DNA of 64,000 bases from Antedon mediterranea. Lineage: Eukaryota > Animalia > Echinodermata. The notes beneath the pieces are model-generated. The model made no database searches. It saw only the letters and a program-made list of their open reading frames with translations, and was not told where the DNA came from. Shown piece after piece: positions 12,797 to 26,165 of the stretch (position 1 is its first letter; the number at the start of each line of letters is the position of its first letter). The position numbers and the translations under genes are program-made. The DNA lies in assembly GCF_964355755.1 (NCBI RefSeq), contig NC_092673.1, forward strand, positions 124,001 through 188,000, given 5' to 3'.

Positions 12797-12935
12797 GTTC
12801 GATCATGGATAATCCATGGTTCGATCATGGATAATCCATGGTTCGATCATGGATAATCCATGGTTCGATCATGGATAATCTATGGTTCGATCATGGATAA
12901 TCCATGGTTCGATCATGGATAATCCATGGTTCGAT
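12797..12935. repeat. 22-bp tandem array: GTTCGAT + hairpin CATGGATAATCCATG, 6 hairpins and 7 GTTCGAT copies
   Basis: Units start at 12797, 12819, 12841, 12863, 12885 and 12907, with a terminal GTTCGAT at 12929-12935. Confidence 0.9.
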
Positions 12936-13009
12936 AAACAATTATTTGTAATAAAAAAATAGAAATACTGTTCTTTGAGTACATTAAACAATAAGGATAT
13001 ATACAGCAC

Positions 13010-13470
13010 ATGTCACACAAGTCACAACACAAGTCACAAATCAGTTTATTTTGATTCATAAATAAAACAAAAATACAAAGCAAAAAATATACAAAAGGAC
13101 CAGGGAGACTTCCATTAAGGCCAAAAGCCGCATGCATGGAAGCCACCCGAACATTTTAAATAATATATAATTCTGTATAATTTAAAAATTAACAAATCAT
13201 AAAATCAACAAAATCATATCAGGTCAGCTACAACCCATCTCTATTACATATATAACAATTTTGGATATAACATAAATCATCATATTCTGAAATAAATTAT
13301 TTTTAAATATGTAGAAAAACCTTTCAAAGAATGTGTATTTACCTTTTCAGTGATCAAATTGACAGTATTGTTAATTAATAAAGGTAGGCTATACCTAATA
13401 CAATTCTTTGCAAACTCATGTCTGACCCTCAACATGAAAGTTGTCTTTAATACGTGTGTTATACGAGTGT
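13010..13470 (-). mobile_element. 3' fragment of a CR1-group LINE
   Basis: Frameshifted ORF2 C-terminus (HSYNTR...RHEFAKNCIRYSLP...KVNTHSLKGFSTYLKN...CYIQNCYICN), then AATAAA and a TGACTTG-like repeat tail. Confidence 0.65.
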
Positions 13471-13989
13471 AAAGCTTAATTTAATCAAAAGAATTGAAGA
13501 GTGTTGAATAGACGGACCAGAATTTTCTCACTTCATTATTCATCGATGACAATAAATATTAGGCTTATATTTTTATTATTAAAATATTTGGCCTAAACCG
13601 TTTATTTTCTTTTCTCTAATAAATCGCGTTACCCAGGAATCTCGAACTCCGCCAAAATTACACACTGCTATTGGTTAGTGTTATGTTATTAATTACACAC
13701 TGCTATTGGTTAGTGTTATGTTATTAAATATAGTCCAATGCATCTAGCCTACAGCATCACATTTACATTTTGTCTCAATTGTATAGATCAGATCTACAAT
13801 TATAACTAAAGAGCATTCACCTGCCTTGTACTTACAGAGACGAAGAAATTGCTCTAATTACTAATTAATTAATAATGCATTAAAATAAAAGGAGACATTA
13901 AGTTCTTATCGAGGATCGACGATAATGTATAGTGTAGTGTATCAAAACAATATAAAAATCAATTTTATAAAATAAAATGACCGGCTTCT

Positions 13990-16900
13990 TCAATACGTAA
14001 ACATGTCATAAGTATTAACTGTTTCTGGCATACAATTCAACAAGTTTTCAATTTCTTCCTCTCCAATGAATTCCTCCTTTCTGTCATAATAATCGCCTGT
14101 GAATGGAGTATACTCCGTCGAAACAGCTTGCGGGTTAATGTCTTCTACGTTGGCATGAAGAACCTCGTCTAATTTGCAATAAGGATCTGAGACGTAATTA
14201 GTTTCCGGTGCATTTTTTCCAGACTTATCTGAAAAAACTGACGTCATTTTCGTGTACGGATTTGAGTGCTCGTCGGTTCTGCTTTCCTCCGCGACGACCA
14301 GAGGGGACAATTGGAGTGTATCGTAATCATCTGTTTTTCGCAGGCGAAAGTATGGCGTGCTTCCCTCTTTAAGTGTTATGTTGTCAGTTGTAACTGCATT
14401 TTTAAGATAATTTGAACCGTTTTCATTTACGACTGAGATTTGATAGTCTGTGCCAACAGAAGGTACAACCACGTAAGTATTTGGCTCTTCATTTACATGA
14501 GAATCAGGACTAAATTCATGGAAGCCTTGATCGGAACTCGTCGAACTATACGTTTTTAAAAAGTTCGACTTCTTTCTTGGCTTTAAGTCATCAAAAAATT
14601 CCTTTTCAACTGATCGAGGACTAAAAGAGCTAATTTCCTGTAATACAAATATATATCTTTATTAAAGGTACACCGCCGTGAAATAAGTGTGCAAATTATC
14701 AATCTCCAAATACGACTATGTCCCCAGTATCATGGAAAATTTGGTAATACAGCATGTGTAGACCTATTACATGCGGTGCTGTATCACGAGAGGTTTGGTT
14801 ATTGAGATGCACGAAGTTAATTCACTTAATTTTTCCGTAAACAGTAAAAAAATGTCTTTCGCATGGTATTTTGATTATTCGTCGTGTGAACAAAAGAAGT
14901 AATATTTCATATAATTTATCTGTGACGAAAAATCATAAAGTTAATTGATTTTGCATCTCATTTTTTTATATTAAAATGCATTTATATTTGGAAAATAAAT
15001 TCCATTCTGGTGTGTACACATATCTGGCTTGTGTGCCAAATGTGCATACACCTGTTGTAAGTCCTTATCCACCCCTAACCCAGTTTATATTTCAGAAAAG
15101 TAGGGGGTTACCAGTGTGTACTGGTCCATCCAGTCTCTGCAATCGTTGTGGATAGACGAACGAGTGTTCATTGCGCAATATTTTTCCGATATATTTAATA
15201 TTAATCATTGGATTAATATTCGTGGTTGAACCATTAAAAAAATAAACAGGGAAAATGCAGAGATTTGAATAATTAACAGGTGTCCAGCATACGCCTTCCG
15301 CTGTCCTGTGAAATTAATTATTTGGAGGAAACTTCTGCACCGAGCGTGAGAAGAAAATGGCTTAGGTATGGTTTTATTTTTATTTATCTTTATTTAAATG
15401 TGTGGTAATTTAGTTTAGTCTACACAGTTTATAATTTGAATGCCTGGCATACATTGTGATTATTATTTAGATTTTCATATACACTTAGGAATAAAAAAGA
15501 TGAAGATATTTACCACTTTGAAGAATTTTGGTTCAGGCCATTGAATGAAAATTCGCTTGTGAATATACATTTTAAAAGCTCCGCCAAATAGCAATGCAAA
15601 GGCAACAACAATTCCCACAACAAGAAACGAAATGATAAGGTCACCTGAAATGTATAAATAAAACTCAGTTATAATAGTGGTACACAGGAAGTTTTAAGTT
15701 GTTGTATCAACGTTCGAATTGAAAGGGTGTCATGCAGTATTTCAGATCCACAATTATCTCGCCGATAGACCTTTTTTTTGGCAGATAGAAGAAAATTCGT
15801 TAATTTTTGTTACGGTCAGAATTGCACCGGTAAACTATTCTAATACTCCAATGTTTACATACTTCTACTACCGGTATATTGCACTGCGACTGTAGTTGAA
15901 ATGTGTCTCTCAGTCATAATGGGTTGTTTTATGGTCACCAAATCTGAAAACAGAAGACGGAAAATGGTGAATGGTATATACGTTAAATGTATCGTGCTAA
16001 AACGGTATATTTTGTCGATATAAATAGCCCTAGTCAGTTATGCTGAGCAAAGTAGCCATCATCACTGTTTTTACCATTGCCATTTTTACTGGAAACAAGC
16101 GTACAGAGTGTCATCTAGCTTTCGAAATTATTTGAAAGTTCGTTACAACATGAATAAAATATAAATACCTTCTTTTATACATTGAAAATCATAATGTATA
16201 CTGGTTGGAGGACCCTCGATTTCAAGAGCGTCTACTTGAATAATGCGCCGTAGTTCCAAATAGACAATTATGTTCTCTGTGACGTTGCACGGAACATTTA
16301 AGTTAATATTATTCACTGTTAATTCTTCGTTCACACTTTCACGTAATGATTTTCCAATATAGTTTCCCGTAATGCGGTATAAATACTCATGGGTTCCTAG
16401 TTCAACCGTCTCCCATTGTAGGGACAAGACATGTTCTGATGCTGTAGGGGTACTGGCGTGTATGATCAAGGAAACTATAAAGAGAACAATTAATGTAACA
16501 TTTCAGAATTGTACGATAAATGTGACATTATACACATTTAAGTCGTGCGAAAGGCGGATTGAACAGTCACTCCGAATGTATTGACAATGGGGAAAACACA
16601 TTGACTCTAGAATTAGAGAAAACAAATCAAATTATTATATATGCTGGTACTTGCTGATTTTATGAATGTTAAAAAATGTCATTATCATTATCGTACTCAC
16701 CGGTGGGGAAGGTACTGGCAATTGAACTCCATTCGCTAAACGTGTGAGCTAATAACGAAAACCTTGATCGAACTTGAAATTCATACTTATCTGCTGTCGT
16801 AACTTCCTCAATAGTCATCTGCATTTTACGTTGTTGTTGTTTAGTCTAATAAAAAACGTTAATCTTATATTAATGATCATTGCTCAGCAAACATTCGAAG

Positions 16901-18978
16901 GGAAATATGGCATCTTATATTAATGATCATGGCTCAGGCAAACATTCGAAGGGAAATATGGCATCTTATATTAATGATCATGGCTCAGCAAACATTCGAA
17001 GGGAAATATGGCCAAAAATATATGTTGTTTCAATTGCTTTTAAAAGCTTTCTACATTGTTTAATAACGTGGTATTCATAAATAAAAATTCTTTTTTTACC
17101 TTTTTCCATGTTTCATTTAAACGTCTGTAACGAAGTTGAAACCACAATGAATTACAGTAGATGCAATATTCTTGTAATTCCCAGAATACAGTGACGTTTG
17201 ATTCAACTACTGACAATTTATTAATAACTGGTGGCAAAGGAATGGCTGAAAATAAAAGTCACTCGAGTCAACTCAGGTAACATTTTAAATTTATTATTAG
17301 GTCAGTAAGTATTATAGATTCGATTATGTTCCCTTTTAAAAAGTAGGCCCACTAACTAAGGTAGGCCATGTTTGGAAAATTTAATATCTCATACAAAAGG
17401 ATTCAAGGCCAACTGTGTTTGGAAAGGAAATATTGAAACACTACAAAGAAATCTACTAAAGGTCGGACAAATTTTGTAGTATTGTATTATTATTATTTAT
17501 TTTTATAAAGGTTAAATGCTTGTGTATATGTGTTACAAAATTGGTTATAAGTAATCAATTATTAGTACTATCAAAATCAATTCAACCATTTTTTAATAAC
17601 GAAAACGTACAGGAATGTTATTTTTTAGGAATTACATTTAAGATTATCATTTTCATCATGTTTATTACTGCTGTGCTAAATATAAACATATACATACCTT
17701 CATCATGAGAATCAAATTTGGTTGTTGTAGTAGCAGTACCAAACATATTGGTAACTGTTACTCGCACTAAATGTTCTTTCATCGGATTCCCATCACTTTC
17801 AAAAACTCTGCACGTGTTGTATTTCTTATTAGAACAGTCGATCCAAGTTTTGGAACTGTCTCTATAAAAACACAAAATGCTGCTTTATATCGTTTTATAT
17901 ATTTCTATATTTTTTATTCTATTTTCTATATAAGTTTAGTGCATTCATTAGTGATAAAATGTGCCTTTTTTTAAAGTTATTTGTACCATCATGAATAACT
18001 TATGTATACTAATGATGTTAGTACAAAAATATAATTGTTACCTTATTTTGCATTAGGGCTTCTATATTTAATTATGCATAGTAAACGTAACATTTTGGGT
18101 TACTTTTATTTATTAGTAAAAATAGAAATTTCTTACTGAAATTGAAAATTATAAACAACTCTAACTCCGGTAAATTCCGTCGACCATTCGCACCAATAAT
18201 CAACAATATTTGTGGATCTACAGTGTAGAGTTGGAGACGATGGCATGACTACAAGATATCAAATTATATAGACCTGATAAATATTGTTACACTCACTAAC
18301 TATAAGCACGGTTTGTAATATTTACGAATAAAGAAAACACCAATTTAAATAAAACAATTTCTAGGATAATCTTTAAGTAAAGGCAACATAAGGAAATATC
18401 ACTTATTTAAACTTAAATTTAAAGAAAAGCAGAACTTAGTGGCCATTAATAATGTTTTTGTTATGTTTCTAAACTTACTACCAACTGTTAATGCCGATAT
18501 CGAGTTAACTTTGAATTTTCCTAAAAAACATTCGATCCATTGTTCATAATCATTGTCATAAGTCATTGTTAGGTTGGTTAACGTGAGAATAGCTTGTGTA
18601 CTTGAGATCACGGCAGTATTGTTGGCTGTAATAGGTACATCTTTGCCGTCGATATTCCATCTAATATCCGAGGCATTCCACGATGTGTCTTTTTTATCTA
18701 ACGTACATGTGAAGTTCAGATCGGAACCAGCAAGCTGATATGGATCTATAGGCGTCAGATCGAGTACTACAGTAAAACAAAAAGATAATTAAGATTAAAT
18801 TGAACTATAATGGATCACCTCCAAATTAGCTTTAGATCATGATAATCCATATAGTATTCTGGCCTACACATTTTTACTTACTTGGTGTACCACTGGAAAA
18901 GCAGATAATGGTCGAAATAATTTGGAACGTCCACAATGGAATGGTCAAGGATTTGTGGCTTGAGATTCCTGTCATCAT
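13990..18978 (-). CDS. Class I cytokine receptor (signal peptide, Ig, cytokine-binding module, FN3-like, TM, Box1, Tyr-rich tail), ~705 aa
   Basis: Exons 18978-18882, 18766-18479, 18248-18137, 17861-17698, 17245-17100, 16845-16701, 16474-16169, 15943-15863, 15644-15514, 14637-13990 give 2118 nt in frame. Four conserved Cys with CxW (HCRSTNIVDYWCEW...IDCSNKKYNTC), YEFQVRSR...FSEWS (WSxWS variant), TM LIISFLVVGIVVAFALLFGGAF, Box1-like IFIQWPEP. Confidence 0.88.
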
Positions 18979-21900
18979 CTTTGGAACAATCAAAATATAG
19001 TTTTTAAAACATGATGCAATAAAGAGAAAGAAACGCCAAGAAAATAAATAATAAGTATATAAAATATAATGAATATAACCCGCTTGCTATGCCGCAATAT
19101 TATTTACATTTAATATTCATTTGAACACAATCATTGGTTTGTGTCCATGTTTACAAATTTACATTGTATTGATGTTCTTATCTCCCCACGTCCCCCCACC
19201 ATTGATGTTACTAAATTATTACGGTACGCTATTCTTTGTGTTCGCGTGTGCTTTATTCAAGAATGCATGGTATTGGAATGCTACATCATTATAAAAGTTG
19301 CTGCTTTTCAAAAGATTGTATCTAAGGCTTTAACAGCAAACAAAAAGTAATACAACTCAGATATAAACAGTGAAAAGAATGGTTAAAGGTCGTTAATAAT
19401 GGCCATAGAATTTACTTTGCAACGTGATTATGAAGTTGAATTCAATGAGTTGTTATTATGCTAATAATATTATTTTACCACAGATGAAAAAATAATCATC
19501 GGTTTACAAGTTTGCCAACTTCATTTAAAATATCGGTAATTAAGCAAAATTCGAAATGTTCCCGAAAATTGCACAAACCAGCTTTCAATTAGCGTAAAGA
19601 TCTCATTAATTTCTTCAACAATTCCCTGACTGCCACATCGGTCGGATATGAAGTAATACTTCTGTATAGCCTAAACCATTTAGTACGTCATCAAATCGAC
19701 ACGCCCTTAGCCCATAGATGAAATTAAATAACTCACTCTGCTTCTTTATTTATGTTCCAGCAAGAAACTGAGTCAATACTTCATGGTAAACCTGTCACAA
19801 TATAATATAACAAGAAACTGAGTCAATACTTCATGGTAAACCTGTCACAATATATAAGATCTCATTTAAAACTGAGTCAATACTTCATGGTAAACCTGTC
19901 ACAATATAATATAACAAGAAACTGAGTCAATACTTCATGGTAAACCTGTCACAATATATAAGATCTCATTTAATCAAATTGACTCCTTATATTTGTTCAA
20001 TAGTTCTCTGAATATTGATTACACAGGATTAAGCTTTTTACTATAAATAAGGTCAAGAACTATATAAAACAGTAAACAGAGTGGAATCTATAAACACTGG
20101 TCATACAATAAGTTAACACTGTGACTATTCTCGCTGAATTAATTATCACCATTGTATCCTGTCCATGTAATGAATCAGAGTGATCATGATACCTGTATAT
20201 AAATTATTTATTTAATTTATGAAGTGTAAACTCCCAAAATACCATTAGGATAATTAGTGTCATTCATTATTGCATTTAAATAATATATGCCAACAAAATA
20301 CCATTAGGATAATTAGTGTCATTCATTATTGCATTTAAATAATATATGCCAACAGCTCCTTATGTATAGGCCTACTGTTGTCACATCGACAATGAACAAA
20401 CAATTATTTATATTTATTTTATATTCCAATTATTAAGTTTCATATTTGATGTATGTGTATCTGTTACATTTTCAACATCCACAATTTTAATTAATTTACA
20501 ATGGAACCTTGTTGTTGCTATTTGCGGTAATGCTCAAAAGCAACACATAACAACAGACAGATAAGCCTATATAACTCAGTTTTAAGATGTCGTACCCCAT
20601 AGTTCCGACTATAGGACGTGTAATTAGTAGGCTACTCTAAATAAGTAGTGTATTAACACATATTGGCCTAATTAGTTACGTAGCAGCTAAAATACTCACC
20701 TGAGATTTGCACAAACACCGACTAGGTATAGGTATCAATCTTCATAAACGATAGGCCTCATGTATGTCAACACACATAGTAACTCAGAATACTGTGCCGT
20801 TATAACTTACCATAGATAGATTATTGACTTTTATATAGGTCCACGTTTCAATAAATCCATCCATCCATATCATATTGTTATCCTTACGATTTAATATTCA
20901 CCACAATTTAAAAAGAACCAGCTAGGATATATTATAAGTCACCGATTCCAGTTTGTATAACAATAGCAGCATACTAAACGCAAATAAAACACAATTATTT
21001 GTTTCATTTGGCACGAATCCCAGTTCTGAGAAGGCAAATAGGATATATAAATGATTTCCATAATCATTAATTATAACTATGATGAATTATTACATGTTTC
21101 TGATACATGATGATTTTATAATTGCAGGGTATTAATATAAATGATGATGTTTAAATTCAAACGTCTACACTGAGAATAAAATTTTACATTTCGACTAAAG
21201 TAGAACACTCCCTCTGAGTTTTTTTCATTAGGATATAATTATTAATTCAAAAATTACATAACACAAACATTGAACATGACAGCATGAATACTGAAACGTT
21301 TCTATCCTTCAATATTACGTAAATAAATAAAACGTGTTCGATTGGCCCAATGTGGATTTCCAGGTTGTTGAATCACGACATCTCCTCCGAAACGAGACTA
21401 TTTATAATTCCATTAACAGCCGCTCAGTAGAATGCTTTGTATGACCATTAACAATAATGATAATAATATTGATATTCAGAAAGTATTGTGCACTGTGTAC
21501 AGTATGTAAATAAAACACATGCTTGGCGTCATGGTTAATGCATTAAGATATATAGCAATTTAAAATAAATACTATAAAATTTGATAATCGATAATCGATT
21601 TACAGCGGCCATTTGACCGACGTAATGTACCAAAGGTGTGTTTTTATCTCAAAGATAACTAAAAGGCAATTTCTTTACTATCTTTAGACTCCAATAATAA
21701 CTTATATAGAAGGATCTTCAATTGGACGGTCCATATAGGATACTTGAGATGAGATGGACGTAATAATTATTTATTAAATAAAATAAAATCTTACCAGACT
21801 GTAGTGATAGGTCTTAACACAAATTGTACAAAGCTGTATACGTAATCCTTGGACAGTGTGTACCTGAATTCAATCACAGACTAATATAAATTTAGAAGGA

Positions 21901-22417
21901 AACGAGATAGATTTTATCAATCAATTGTATCATGGTCAATTTGACACAATAACAGGATATCCAGGTGAGACAACTCAGAATAGGGAATTTAAATGTCAAA
22001 ACACCGATTCATTGCGAAGGAAACGTGAGCAGTGATAAAGTGCTTGAAATTTACTATTCACCGCAATTTGCGCAATTATTAAAAATCAATTGTATTTACT
22101 GTTACAACCTACGGTTGAGATATAATTAACTGTTATATTTTAAATGTATAGCGGTAAAATGACCGATTAGATAACTCTGTAGCTTCATAATTATTTAGAT
22201 AATTAAGAAGAATTAAAACGAAACAACGTTGCTTTATTCTGAATTGTTAAGTTGTATTTAGAATATTTGAGTTTGAGTTTGAGCATGGATGGAGTCTAAC
22301 CATCCTATTTGAGTTTGAGCATGGATGGAGTCTAACCATCCTAATTCCTTTCTCCTTGTATTTCTCAGTTATCTAATATTTTATGTAATCATTTGAATTG
22401 TTAAGAAAGTTTCAATA

Positions 22418-22781
22418 TTTTTTTTTATTTTTTTTTATTTATTCGACTTCTCACTAACTCAGTTAGTGAAGGATCTGGACCAACAGGTGGTAAACACCTC
22501 TAAAACGGTCCAGTCCCAATTTGCACAGTGGCTGTGTGTGACAGTGGCTGTGTTTGTGTGGACTAGTACACCGGGGTAACCCCCTACTCGTCTCGAAAGA
22601 TGTACTAGGTTCTTTAAAGTGCGCATGAGCTATGTGTACACTGGACCTACGGTTTATAGTCCTTATCCGAGAAGATTCGTTCTACCACCAGAACCATGGA
22701 GCGAGTGAGCCTCGAACCCTTGAAGTTATGGCTACGTAATTACCGTTCCACTGTCTTAACCGCTCGGCCACTCACTCGCTC
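22418..22781 (-). mobile_element. tRNA-derived SINE with Deu/Nin-like core
   Basis: Minus-strand head with box A TGGCCGAGCGG and box B GGTTCGAGGC. Core GGATAAGGACTATAAACCGTAGGTCC...TAAAGAACCTAG...GAGTAGGGGGTTACCCCGGTGT, A-rich tail. A decayed related fragment lies near 15060-15130. Confidence 0.8.
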
Positions 22782-23238
22782 TCTTTATGATTTAAAAATT
22801 CATAAAAATTAACTTAGTGAATAGATTTTACAGATAGTGATAAAATGTATAGACCTGTGTAGACAAATATGTATATTAACAGTCTCATAACTAGGATTTG
22901 GTTCGATACGTTCAGCGTTGCCAGCGATAAAATTTAAATTATGCCGTATCCTGTCTCAAATAATGCCAGATTGGGAAAAAAAATGCCAGATCCCCAAAAT
23001 GTGGCCCTAAACAGCGCCACCAACGGTTTTATGTCTAATAAACGTTTGTAAAACCCCAACTGACACAAAATAGGGCCTAAAATTGTATCCCCATGTCGTA
23101 CAAAATTTATATTTTTAGTTTTGTGAGTAATAACTAATAATTCTAAATATCTGGGGTGCGAAAATGGTAATTGCAAATGACACCAACACCAACCCCCACC
23201 CCCCTACCCCACCCAAAAAAAAAAAACCTGTTACACAG

Positions 23239-24918
23239 GGTTCTAGGACACCTACCCCCTAGACAGTTACCCCCCGGATGTTTACCACCCGGACAACTAC
23301 CCCCTTAGGACAACTACCCCCCCGGACAACTACCCCCTTAGGACAACTACCCCCTTAGGATAACAACCCCCCGGACAACTACCCCCCGGACAACCACCCC
23401 CTTAGGACAACTACCCCCTTAGGATAACTACCCCCCGGGTAACTATTCCCCGGTCAACTACCCCCCCTCCCCCCATCCAAAAGTAGACAAATATATAGGA
23501 CCGGTTTCTGTAAAAATGAAATCATCTGTTTTTAACGGGTGTTTCGAAACTAGAGACCCGAGACCAGAGACCTGACACGAGACCCAATACGAAAAGGGAG
23601 ACCTATATTTGGGTCTCCCTTTTCGTATATTAGGGTCTCCCTTTTCGTATAGTGTGGTCTCTCTTTTCGTATAGTGGGGTCTCCCTTTTCTTATAGTGGG
23701 TCTCCCTTTTCTTATAGTGGGTCTCCCTTTTCGTATATTTGGGTCTCCCATTTTGTATATTTGGGTCTCCCTTTCGTATAATTGGGTCTCCCTTTTCGTA
23801 TATTTAGGTCTCCCTTTTCGTATATTAGGGTCTCCCTTTTCGTATAGTGGGGTCTCCCTTTTCGTATAGTGGGGTCTCCCTTTTCGTATAGTGGGGTCTC
23901 CCTTTTCGTACGTGGGTCTCCCTTTTCGTATATTTAGGTCTCCCTTTTCGTATTGGGTCTCGGGTCTCTGGTCTCTGGTCTCGGGTCTCTAGTTTCGAAA
24001 CACCCGTTTTTAACCGATTATTCTGTTTAACAGCACGCTAGAACCTAGATGTGCTAGATTTAAAGTACCGTATTTATTGAAAAAACGGCCTGGGCTGTTT
24101 ATTGTTTAGGTGGTTTTTAGGTGGACATTTATTGGAAGAAAGTTGTTTATTCAATGGGAGGGGGTATAATCTAATGGAAATAGACGCCGATTATTCCATA
24201 TGATGTTTCATGGGAGTGACATGGTCACCGTTTATTTCAGGGGAATTTATTTAAAGATCGACGTTTATTCGGTGAGTGAACATTGAGGTCAAATATCAAA
24301 AGTGATATTATTCTTCAAGTGTACAAAAATACATATATGACAAATTTGAGACAAAAATTAATTCTTTTAAGACCAGTGGTTATCGAAGCATTGTCCTGAC
24401 GCAAAAATTATTATTATTATTAGCGAACCCAGTCTTTACAGTAAATACAGGGAGTACTATATAATACGTTCGACTATCCTATGATCATGTGTGACAATCT
24501 TCAGTTTATACCAGGCTATATTTATGTTCAATCTTTTACTTTTGTTTACAATAATGAATAGTAATTCGTCAAAGTAACGAATTAAAATATAGTTATTAAT
24601 TCCTATTATACACTGTTGCAGAGTCAGGTTGTTGAATGGTCTGGGTGGTTAGGGTGTTCTAAAGGGATAGTTTTCTGGGTGGTAATTGTCCGGGGGTAAT
24701 TGTTCCTAGGAGGTAATTGTCCGGGGGGTAGTTGTCCTAAGGGGGTTGTTGTCCTAAGGGGGTAGTTGTCCGGGGGGGTATTTGTCCGGGGGGGTATTTG
24801 TCCGGGGGTAGTTGTCCTAAAGGGGTAGTTGTCCTAAGGGGGTAGTGGTCCAGGTGGTGGTTGTCCGGGGGTTAGTTGTCCGGGGGATAAATGTCCAGGG
24901 GATGAATATCCGGATACG
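23239..24918. mobile_element. Non-autonomous MULE-like element with GGACAACTACCCCC subterminal arrays
   Basis: Inverted arrays at ~23245-23465 and ~24665-24915. 9-bp TSD GTTACACAG (23230-23238) / GTTACGCAG (24919-24927), one mismatch. Confidence 0.72.
23537..24005. mobile_element. Nested MULE-like MITE with internal 22-bp repeats
   Basis: TIR GGGTGTTTCGAAACTAGAGACCCGAGACC at both ends. Perfect 9-bp TSD GTTTTTAAC (23528-23536, 24006-24014). Internal GGGTCTCCCTTTTCGTATA repeats. Confidence 0.88.
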
Positions 24919-24949
24919 GTTACGCAGCCATGGAAATTTATAATTTTTG

Positions 24950-26165
24950 AACTGAAATATGAGAGCTGCTCGATGGCCGGGATCTTTGCACTTAATTTCA
25001 AATATGAAAAGATCTTAGCCCACCATAATTAGAAAATAGCAATTATAATTTAAAATAGGAAATAAAAAAAATTATTTTGAGTGTCTCCAGGACCTCAGCC
25101 CCACCATGGTTGATAAGAAAATTTGGACAAATACCTACTCGATGGCCGGAAATGGCACTTAATTTAAAATATGAAAAAAAAAATATATTTATTAGTGTCT
25201 CCATGATCTTAGCCCACCATAGTTCGAAAATGGAAATTATATTTTAAAATAGGAAATCAAAATATATATTAATTGTGTCTCCAGGACCTCGACCCCACCA
25301 TGGTTGGGGCTGAGGTAAGAAAATATGAAAAAAATAGAGCTGCTCAATGGTCGGAAATGGCACTTAATTTCAAATATAAAATAAAAATATATTTATTAGT
25401 ACCTCCAGGATCTTAGCCCATGATAGTTTTGAAAGTACCAATTATAATTTAAAATAGGAAATAAACAAATATATTAAGTGTTTCCAGGACCTCAGCCCCA
25501 CCATGGTTGGGGCTGAGGTAAAACAAATTGGAAAAATAGAGCTGCTAGATGGCCGGAAATGGCACTTAATTTAAAATATGAAATCAAAATATATTTATTA
25601 GTGTCTCCATGATCTTAGCCCACCATAGTTTGAAAATGGCAATTATAATTTAGAATAGGAAATCAAAATATATATTAATTGTGTCTCCAGGACCTCAACC
25701 CCACCATGGTTGGGACTGAGTTAAGAAAATATGAAAAAAATAGAGCTGCTCACTCAATGGCCGGAAATGGCACTTAATTTCAAATGTGAAATAAAAATAT
25801 ATTTATTAGTACCTCCAGGATCTTAGCCCACGATAGTTTTAAAAGTGCCAATTATAATTTAAAATAGGAAATAAAAATATATATTAAGTGTTTCCAGGAC
25901 CTCAGACCCACCATGGTTGGGGCTGAGGTAAAACAAATTGGAAAAATAGAGCTGCTAGATGGCCGGAAATTGCACTTAATTTTATAAAAATGTATAAGAG
26001 TCCCTAGGACCTCGCCCCATCATGGTCACTGAGAGGTGAAGAACATTTGGAAATATAGGGTTGCTACGACGATGCAAATGGAACATAATTTGAAATATGG
26101 AAAATAAATTCTCTAGAAGAAATTCTTTTTAAAATTAGAGCTTCTAGTTACCGGAAATTGCCATT
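24950..26165. repeat. ~200-bp tandem repeat (about 6 copies) with palindromic core
   Basis: GAGCTGCT..ATGGCCGGAAATGGCACTTAATT recurs every ~202-206 bp, and units carry ACCTCAGCCCCACCATGGTTGGGGCTGAGGT or variants. Confidence 0.85.

Noticed and set aside
22698-22781. tRNA gene
   Set aside because: Has A and B boxes but no canonical anticodon arm, and runs into a SINE core and A-rich tail.
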